From Eledone cirrhosa (Eukaryota): DNA of 64,000 nt. Position numbers and translations under genes: made by a program. Shown piece after piece: positions 55,039 to 64,000 of this stretch. The stretch lies in assembly GCA_964016885.1 (NCBI GenBank), contig OZ024744.1, positions 22,816,001 to 22,880,000 of the forward strand, in the 5' to 3' direction. The notes under the pieces are model-generated. The model made no database searches. It worked only from the letters and a program-made list of their open reading frames with translations, and was not told where the DNA came from. The stretch's first letter is position 1; every line of letters starts with the position of its first letter.

Positions 55039-55108
55039 CAGTGGTTCTTAGCCTTTTTCTATCATGGCAACCCTTGGGAATGCCATAAGCCTAGGTTAAG
55101 AACCACTG
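55039..55108. mobile_element. 70-bp hAT-type MITE
   Basis: TIRs cagtggttcttagcct/aggttaagaaccactg and TSD gtgtaggc/gtgcaggt. Confidence 0.7.
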
Positions 55109-57003
55109 GTGCAGGTCATGAAACTGTGGTTTTCTGTTAACTTGTATACTGATACAGACACCTTTGCCACAACTGACTGTGCACTGGGAATATAAAGAAC
55201 CGGAATATATTCCCTAAAATATTTTGTCAAGTTCTCCAGCATGTCCGTCAATCTTGTCAGGCACTTCATTCTGTTGACACTAGTTTAACTAAACACAAAT
55301 GTTGCCTTATGAGGGTTTGAATTCAGATCTTAAAGAGCCGGGATACATACCACAAGACATTCTGTCCGACTCTCTAAAGATTCTGTTAATTCGCGTCTTT
55401 AAAAGAAATGGTTGGTAAGAGATTAATGATGTAACAATGGAGCCATAGAGCACAATAAATCACACATCTTTCAAAGTATTGAGTCCTACAAGACCAGAAT
55501 GCCACACACTCACACACAAACCCACACACACTCACATTTACATACACACTCACATACACACACCCACACTCCTCTTTCTCTCCTCTTGTTTCGCTCTCTC
55601 TCCCTCTCTTTTCTTCTCTCTCTATCTGTCTCTCTCTCTTTCACTCTCTCTCTCACTCACTCACTCACAGACACATACATTCCCATTCGATTTCTCTTTT
55701 CTATCACTCTCTCTTTCTCTCTCTTTCTCTCTCACACTCTCTCTCTCTCTCACACACACACACACTTACACACACTCACACATCACACCTACTCGTTTCC
55801 ATGTTTCAATCACTATCTCATTCCGTCTCCCTCACTCACTCACTCACTCGCCCCCTCTAGGCAAGGACTCTTGTGTTACAGAAGAATGTGGAGGGGGATG
55901 GGGAGGTTGATTAGGTTCCGGGTCTAGGGTGTGGTGGTAATGGGGCTGAGCCTCGCGGTCAAGACCGCAAAAGCATTCCCACGGACAATGGACAGTGACA
56001 CCCACTGCAAAGCCACCTCACCTTGCGTGGCTTCTTCCCCAGCCGGACCGCCGACGTTCCGATCTTGCGAAGGAGATTGAGAGTACGGGGTCCAAGTATG
56101 CCTGAGGTCTCGAAGAGGAAGTGGCCAAACAATCTCCGGTATTCGTTAATTATTTATATATTTAGTTTATTTATAATATCACAAATGGTGAACAATAGTG
56201 ATTCATTTCTCAGTGGTTCATTATATTCCTGGCGGTGATATTTGCAAGAGAGTCTCATTAAAAATTAAAACGATTCAAAACAAATATCGCGAAGAACTCT
56301 GAGATATTAATGGTTTAATTGATTGTTTGTAAACCTAGTTTAGAGCTTATTTCGAACTTCCTCTTTTTGCGAAAGGCCACGTGACATCACTGCCAAAATT
56401 ACGACTGCAGTGGACAGACAGTAATGTCTCAGAAGCCGAAGAAAGCGGTTGCTTGGAACGTAAAACCTGTTGATGAAGGGATATCCCCGTTCCATCTTCA
56501 GATGCATTACTGATTTGCGTATACGTTACGCAACTTAGAACGTACCTCCCCGTAATTCCCAGAAACATTTCGAAGATATGTATCGATTCATATCTATCGA
56601 GAAGGTCCAGGTTTGTCTTTCGACCTATTTGTATATATCGTTGTTGTTGTATTACTGTGGCAACATGCCTCTGGTCGTTTTATTCATGGTGTCATTATTT
56701 TGTATTCCCTGTGAGGAGTAATTTATTATTTACTCACTTATTGAGTGACTTGTGACAGCCTCCAATAATTCGGTTGTTCATCTGTTATTGTGCAGTTGCA
56801 ACTTCTCTTGTATTCATCATTATTATTATATATATATAACAAATATAATATAGAAACGGTTTCTACAGGACTAGAACTGTTTCATTTGAAAGAAATCATC
56901 AGGAAAGCTCTGATGATTTCTCGATGATTTGTTGTATACACCCTACTAATGTATTGAATACCGCACTTACTGTGGTTATCCCCGAATGAACCCGGGAGTC
57001 ACT

Positions 57004-57037
<34 letters not shown>

Positions 57038-57045
57038 CATACATA

Positions 57046-57500
57046 CATTATGCAGAACTGATGAGAAATCTGCAGATACTCCACCCTGATCACACCTTCA
57101 GATTTATGCCTGTGATTATTGGGGCACTGGGATATGTTAGTAACTGTCTCAATACAAATCTTGAGAAGCTGGGCTTCACAGAAAAAGAGAGAACACAACT
57201 AGTTAGGAAATACAAGTACAATCCATTAATGGAACAGTAAAAATATGTAAAACATTCCAAAAATGTTGCACCTAATAACTGCATATACATATGTACAGAT
57301 ACAAAGCATATACACATGCACACATACAACTCAAAACATTCACATCCACACATACAATAACATCCATATCTACACATGCATACATACATATCTACCTAGT
57401 TGATGTTGTGTAAATTCCAATGAGAGAGTATTGTGTCTATGTTAGAAATCGACTCTCTCTCTATTGGTAACACTTTGTAAAATTATAAAACCAGATGAAT
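57046..57500 (+). pseudogene. R4/Dong-like RLE retrotransposon 3' fragment in (TACA)n
   Basis: YAELMRNLQILHPDHTFRFMPVIIGALGYV…LEKLGF, with (TACA)n on both sides. Confidence 0.7.
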
Positions 57501-57564
57501 GCACATACGGGCATACATACATACATACATACATACATACATACATACATACATACATACATAC

Positions 57565-58175
57565 ATGGTGGGCTGCCAACTCGTTTTCGAGTACGGCCAC
57601 TACTTTATATCCATGTAGGAGAACCCCTACCGATGCGCTGAACGAGTGCGACTTTTTAGTCCAGCCAGCTACTTGAAAACTCTGGTACAAACACTACACT
57701 TGTGACAATTATTGACACATATTGCTGGGCCCATGGTACCCTGTGACGACAAGTGCAGAGAGATCTCCAGATATAAAGCAATGCCTGTGCTGTGAAGCTT
57801 TTATAGTGAGCAAAGGCACTGCACAAAGCCAGTCCCACTCTCTTAACCAAGATGATATTTACCAAAAAGAACAACAAGTCAACATCATTGGATACCATCA
57901 GGGTTGCAAGTGTTATATCAGAGTTTCCTTTCTCCTAGAATTCTGCCTTGACAAAGGCTAAGGGGTCATCTCTCCAGGTGATTTTGTATGGCCATTGACT
58001 CTTAAGAGCTCATTTGCCCTTTGACAGGTTTTGTTTTTAGTCCTGCAGGATGTCCAAAGTCACCCTCCTCACTAAGCAACCTTGGTGGGGTTGCCAGTTT
58101 AGTCGCCAACGACCCGACCATGGGACAGGTTGTACTGGGATACATGTTACCAGTAGCACCAACTGGTGACCTGAC
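57565..58175 (-). mobile_element. RTE-derived element 1
   Basis: Full-length copy flanked by (ATAC)n. Confidence 0.9.
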
Positions 58176-58533
58176 ATACATACATACATATATGCATACA
58201 TACATATACATACATACATACATGCATACATACATGCATACATACATACATACATACATACATACATACATACATACATACATACATACATACATACATA
58301 CATACATAGATGAGACTGTTCAGGTTTGTTTGAAGCTTTGTAGAATAAGAAAAATAGTCAGTTTGGAAATCTCTACAATGCAGATGGGTAAATCTCCTGG
58401 CAACGTTGCCATTGAATGGATGCAGTAAAAACCAGTTAGACCATTACTCACCGGTGTACTCCAGACTTGGGGTAAGCTGTTAAAGCGGCAGGAGCTCAGC
58501 CGTCGGGGTCAATAATTTTTCATATATATATAC

Positions 58534-58569
<36 letters not shown>

Positions 58570-58579
58570 CTGTGTGTGT

Positions 58580-58683
<104 letters not shown>

Positions 58684-58835
58684 GCGTGTGCGTACACGTG
58701 TGAGTGTGTGTGTGTGTGTGAATGAAGAGATAACGATCTGAATAGACTTCTTTTTTCCCTCAAAGATAGGTTTTTTTCGTTTATACCGCAGCTCTCTCCT
58801 CTATTTTTCTATTTCTTTGTAAATTTCTCACTATA

Positions 58836-58871
58836 TTTTCTGATGAAGGGCTAGCCTTCGAAACGTTAAGA
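58836..58871 (+). ncRNA. Minimal hammerhead-like motif
   Basis: tttt CTGATGA aggg-ctag-cctt c GAAAC GTT aaga, with palindromic AACGTT and weak stem I. Confidence 0.55.
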
Positions 58872-58963
58872 CGCTTTTTGTACTATATCAAGCGTAAAAC
58901 TAATATTTTTCTCGAATGTACCGTCTCATTTTCTTTCTTATTTCTATTTGGCATATATATATA

Positions 58964-59666
58964 TCTTGGTAGTCCATCGTAAACGAGGATGACATCTTCT
59001 TTATTGTTGTTCCCGTCTGCCGTGGGCACGAAGGTGGCTGTGGAGGCTGATCCTTGACTTGCAGGTCCGGGGTCCTTGGGGGCAGGGGAAGAGCCGGAGT
59101 CAGACTGGCAACTCCCAGAGGTTACCTCCACCTCTCGCCCATCGCCGCAGGGCTTTGGGAGTGCACGCTAAAGAAGAAACCTGTGCGGGAAAGGTTTATA
59201 GTGGGAGGGCCAGTGCACAGTGACGGTCCCACTCACTCGGCCGTAGAAGCCAGAATCCGGTGGTACGGAGGACCGTCACGACCAGGGACTTCCTTGGCTG
59301 CAGTGGATGGCCACGACGTCTGTAGTGCCTTGCTGTGCCCTAGCACTCTACACCGCTTGCTGTCGCCGCCTTTGTGACCGTTGGAACGATGCTGTCCTCC
59401 TCCACTCACTCCGCCGGTCCAGTATTCGCATGCAGGGGAAGGCACCCCCTATCTAACTCACCGGGGGGGGGGGTTCAGACCCGTCCGGCTACCCTCAACC
59501 TGGTTCGGCCCGGAGTGTGGCCGCTGTCGCATGCTACAGTTTCTTGGGGCCACAGGTAAAAGGTGAGTGTCAGGTAGGACCCAATGCAGGACGAGCTGTC
59601 CTGAAAAGGGCATGGCTATCCCCCCCCCCCCTACAGAGGTACATGCCCCTCCCTGATACCCCAGGC
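58964..59666 (-). mobile_element. RTE-derived non-autonomous element 2
   Basis: GC-rich, with no long ORF. The minus-strand 3' end encodes CKSRISLHSHLRAH (RTE C-terminal type) followed by an atcctcgtttacgatgga hairpin. Partial copy at 6029. Confidence 0.7.
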
Positions 59667-59918
59667 ATATACACACGCATACACATACACATACATATGT
59701 ACATGTGTATATACATATTTACATATTTTTGGATAGCCGATGACTCTTATGAGTTCTTCCGCCCTTTGTCAGGTTTTGTTTTTTGTCTTGCAGGGTGTCC
59801 AAAATAATAACCCTCCTCACCAAGCAAACCTGGTGGGGTTGCCAGTTTATTCGCCGACGACCCGACCATGCGAGGTTGTACTGGTTTACATGTTACCAGT
59901 AGCACTCAAGTGTGATCT

Positions 59919-59967
<49 letters not shown>

Positions 59968-59968
<1 letters not shown>

Positions 59969-61254
59969 TAGAACTACCGACCCATATGCCTGCTGTTTCA
60001 CGTGTACAAGCTGTTCACGAAGATAATCCTGAACAGGTTATCACGTAATCTGGACGAACAGCAACCGAGAGAGCAAGCCGGCTTCCGGAAAAGCTACAAC
60101 ACGATGGACCACATATTTACTCTGACACAACTGCTTGAGCGAGCAAAGAATACAAGATGTCTCTTTGCGTCGCGTTCGTAGACTACGAGAAGGCCTTCAA
60201 CAGCGTCAAAATCAACGCAGTGCTGAACTCGCTGCTGAGGCAAGGAGTCGAGGCGCAATACGTTCAACTGCTCAGGGAGGCGAGTTCCGCATGCACCACC
60301 GACATAGCTCTGCTGTCATCACCCGTACGAGTGCCGGTCGAGAAAGGAGTGAAGCAAGGAGATACGATCTCTCCAAAACTTTTCACCGCGTGTCTCGAGC
60401 AGATCATCAGAGGCATTGACTGGCAAGGCGGTGGCAACATCAACGACGAGATACTTACCCACCTCCATTTCGCTGATGACATCGTACTCATCGCTGAAAC
60501 CACGGATCAGCTTCAGACCATGCTGATGGAGCTCGACATCAAAAGCTCTGCAGTAGGCCTCAAGATGAACCGCATGAAAACGAAGTTTATGCGGTCCGAC
60601 AATGTACCAACAGGTCGAATGGTGGTTGGCGGTGATGAAATAGAGGAGGTGGAGGAATACGTCTACCTGGGACAAGAAGTGAACATGCGCCGAGACATTG
60701 AGAGGGAGATCTCGCGGAGAGTAAGGGCCGGATGGAAGGCGTTCAACGGCGTAAGGGATGTGCTCAAGGGGAGGTTGGACAAGACCACCCGCGCAAACCT
60801 CTTCAATAGCACAGTTTTACCTGCAATGTTATTTGGCAGTGAAACTTGGGCTACAACGAAGAGAGAAGAGCAGAGGCTGGTAACGGCTCAAAGAGGCATG
60901 GAGAGATCAATGCTAGGAATCTCGTTGAGAGAGAGAGCACATCAGGAGCCAAGTCATCAGACAGATGTCCGGCATGAGGGACGTCATCACGGAATATATG
61001 CGCAGCAAGTTCAGATGGGCTGGACACGTCGCCCGGTTCACTGATAATCGGTGGACCCGCGCAGTTGCCGAGTGGTACCCGAGCAAGCGGAAACGACCAC
61101 TCGGAAGGCCTCCATGAGGGTGGAGTTACGATTTTAAGAATACGATTGGGAATACATGGATGAGGAAAGAACGATGCAGAGATGAATGGACGGCATGCTG
61201 TGACCAGCGGCGCCGAATGGACGCCCGACAGACTGGTCGGTCAAGGTGATCAAG

Positions 61255-61258
<4 letters not shown>
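59968..61258 (+). pseudogene. RTE LINE, 5'-truncated RT through 3' end
   Basis: NYRPICLL…EQAGFR…FVDYEKAF…GVKQGDTISPKLF…HFADD…YLG…WAGHVAR. Frameshifts near 60145 and 60930, tail (tcaaggtga)2, and (TA)n on both sides. Confidence 0.92.
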
Positions 61259-61297
<39 letters not shown>

Positions 61298-61498
61298 ATT
61301 TGAATATATGAGAGGCATGAACACCGATACAAGTATGCATGTGTTCCAATTGCAAATGACCAAGTTAGCTAGGTTGAACAAATTCGATATGGTTTGCCTG
61401 TCTCCATTTAAAGTAATATATCAATAAAAATAACAAACCTATATTGTTGCCTGTCTCCATTTAAAGTAATATATCAATAAAAATAACAAACCTATATT

Positions 61499-61577
61499 GA
61501 TACCCGGATAGATCTAAATCTGTTTCGCAAGAATTATTAAGTGAAAGCAACCATTCCTGTGCTCTTCTGCGAGTATC
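61499..61577 (-). ncRNA. Hammerhead of the 2262 family, CAGAAGA core, short stem III
   Basis: gatactcg CAGAAGA gca…tgc GAAA caga-tttaga-tct ATC cgggtatc. Confidence 0.7.
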
Positions 61578-61737
61578 CAGGAAATTCGTACCTTTCACTT
61601 CAAAGGATCTAAGAAGACTGAATGATGTGTTGATATAAAAGCACATGTCGCAGCGCCTAGCGCATCTCATACTCATGTCGCTAAAAATAGCAACCGGTTT
61701 TATAAGACTAATGTTAGCTCTACATATGGAGCCGAGA

Positions 61738-61819
61738 ATATCATAGATTGAGTTAGAAACTCAAAATAGTCTTTTACAATTAATTGTAATAGACTATTTT
61801 GAGTTTCTAACTCAATCTA

Positions 61820-61825
<6 letters not shown>
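61738..61825. repeat. Terminal fold-back palindrome of the 61330-61825 insert
   Basis: atatcatagattgagttagaaactcaaaatagtct…agactattttgagtttctaactcaatctatgatat, centre 61781/61782. Confidence 0.9.
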
Positions 61826-61882
<57 letters not shown>

Positions 61883-61909
61883 TATATACATACATATATA
61901 TGTATATTT

Positions 61910-62028
<119 letters not shown>

Positions 62029-62105
62029 CACATATATATATATATATATGAAAGACGTAAAATAAGAAAATTTTAAAAATTAAAAATTAACTTACTAAAA
62101 TTTTA

Positions 62106-62187
62106 ACTCCAACTAATTAGTTTCTGTAAGGGGATAAATATAGTTACGTAAGATAACTATAGAGAATTCCTTACGTCATCAGGGAGT
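62106..62187 (-). ncRNA. Type I hammerhead ribozyme (copy 1)
   Basis: actcc CTGATGA c-gtaagg…ccttac-a GAAAC taatta GTT ggagt, with palindromic ACTAATTAGT. Confidence 0.85.
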
Positions 62188-62640
62188 CTATTCTCAGCTA
62201 AGTTCCCAGGCAATGCGCGGAAACTAGGAACCCATATAAAAATAATAATTCAGTGGATGGAACAAAGCTAGCGGGGACTAAATTCCAAAGCACTGAAAAA
62301 ATTCACTGCCTCTCTGGTCAGTGGCAGATTCTAAAGGATCAATCACGTGACACTGAGGTTAATCAGTGAGGAGTGGGGTGGTATTATGACAATAGCCTAC
62401 TACTACCATGAATCACAGCAGTAAATTTTGGCAAATTTTACTCAACAAATAATTTGGAGATAAATATTGAGAATTAGTATATCTACCAACATATGTATAC
62501 AGATGTATACTCATGCTAGCAAATATATATGTTATGTCTTACTACCTTTGTGGTTCTATGCAGGGGGATGCAGAACAAGTATATGAAAGACGGAAAATAA
62601 GAACATTTTAAAAATTAAAAATTAACTTACTAAAATTTTC

Positions 62641-62722
62641 ACTCCAACTAATTAGTTTCTGTAAGGGGATAAATATAGTTACGTAAGATAACTATAGAGA
62701 ATTCCTTACGTCATCAGGGAGT
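62641..62722 (-). ncRNA. Type I hammerhead ribozyme (copy 2)
   Basis: Same sequence as 62106-62187. Confidence 0.85.
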
Positions 62723-62819
62723 CTATTAGCTAAGTTCCCAGGCAATGCGCGGACACTAGGAGACCCACATAAAAATATGTTGGTAGATATACTAATTCTC
62801 TCTCTATATATATATATAT

Positions 62820-63721
62820 TTATTAAAATAACAGATTAAAGTTTAAGCAAATAATCGCTGCTTTCACCCTTAACGGGATCTTCTGAAACTAACAAAGTCA
62901 ATCTGTAGAACGCAGAAGTAAATATTTCAAAAAACGTTGCAACCGGAGGAAGACAGGAAGACGATATTTTGGTTGGTGGAAACGTTCCCTGGCAAAGAAA
63001 GGCAAAAAACGAATATAATACGTCATTATTTGGAGCGGTGGATTGGCAGTATCGGTAGAGAGTCGGACACCATGCTTTGAAGCATAGAGTTACGTCCCTT
63101 TATGATCTGAGTTCAAATCCCGCCGAGGTTAACTTTGCCTTTCATCCTTACGGAATCGATAAAATAAAGTACCAGTAATGTACTGTGTACTAGCTTTGTG
63201 CCTAAAATAGAAACAATTATTTGGAGCGATGAAAAACAATTACACGCAAAGACAAAACCACGTTTATGGTATAAAAGAAGTCGGAGACTAATATTCTATT
63301 AGGTGGTTCATAGAGACGAACGAAAAAAACGAAGATAATACGTCATAAGTGGACCGTGGAGAACAATTGCACGCAAAGAAAAAACGACGTAAATGGTATA
63401 ACTGAAGTCGTAGACTAAAATTCTAACTAGGAAACCGAATGATTCTCGGCTTCAGAGTTAAGAATAAAGTAAATAAAATACAGAGGTAATTGAAATTAAA
63501 TAAATACATACACGCATCCATATACGTACATACACAAGCATACACGAAAACACTCGCCATAGGTATACAAATACACGCACGTACACCCCCCCCCCCCCAA
63601 AAAAAAAACAAAAAAAAACAAAAAAAAAACGCACGCACATACAGAACCCACGCAACGCCCGTACCCATACGAATGTATACACCAAATACAGATAAAAGTA
63701 TATATAAAATATATATATATT

Positions 63722-63753
<32 letters not shown>

Positions 63754-64000
63754 CGTGTATACATATAATTAAATAAACGTATATAAATAAATAAATACGT
63801 ATATAAAAAGCGCACACACATACCTACATGTAAATACACATATGTTCGGAGACGTACGTCAACCAAAACACAAAGTGGACATATACACACACCCTACATA
63901 CGTACGAACCCGCAAACTCACACAGACGCAAAACTCACGTATACACATAACCAAAAGCATATGTACCAGAATATATAATATATACACCATAACATACACA
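62820..64000 (-). mobile_element. PLE 3' UTR/pLTR copy with an inserted family-A SINE (~63039-63216, +)
   Basis: Reverse complement of 40810-41400. The SINE is flanked by TSD attatttggagcg. Confidence 0.8.
62832..62905 (-). ncRNA. Hammerhead variant (CAGAAGA core)
   Basis: cagattga-ctttgtt-agttt CAGAAGA tccc-gttaa-gggt GAAA gcag-cgattat-ttgc TT aaact-ttaatctg. Confidence 0.7.

Larger units (their letters stand above)
62046..62800 (-). mobile_element. Retrozyme/pLTR-like insert: ~200-bp direct repeats (period 535) plus a short inversion
   Basis: 62046-62245 is repeated at 62581-62777, and 62775-62800 is the reverse complement of 62469-62494. (TA)n flanks. Confidence 0.88.

Noticed and set aside
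56865-56920. CTGATGA inverted pair as a hammerhead
   Set aside because: Only an 11-bp inverted repeat is present, and stems I and II do not pair convincingly.

Overview
Eukaryotic, very AT-rich, repeat-saturated DNA. The SINE sequences and (TA)n/(GA)n/(CA)n density suggest an octopod cephalopod (inference). I found no supportable host gene, and almost all ORFs in the track are microsatellite artefacts. The only recognisable coding remnants are disrupted retro- and DNA transposons: Penelope-like (PLE) RT+GIY-YIG with a CxCx5Cx5C linker, CR1-type, RTE, HERO, R4/Dong-like, CRE-like and mariner. There are also tRNA-type SINEs, RTE-derived non-autonomous elements and hAT MITEs. The main signal is invisible to the ORF track: about 25 type I hammerhead ribozyme (HHR) motifs from more than 10 apparently unrelated families, mostly in short non-coding inserts in or beside (TA)n runs. 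They occur as tandem retrozyme-like units (316 and 535 bp), terminally redundant units (~330 and ~657 bp) and near-perfect fold-back palindromes. Several have non-canonical but covarying cores (UUGAUAA, UUGAGAA, CAGAAGA). A 233-bp tandem-then-inverted array has the same architecture but no recognisable hammerhead, so it is a candidate for a different structured or catalytic RNA. All folds were derived by eye; none has been tested.
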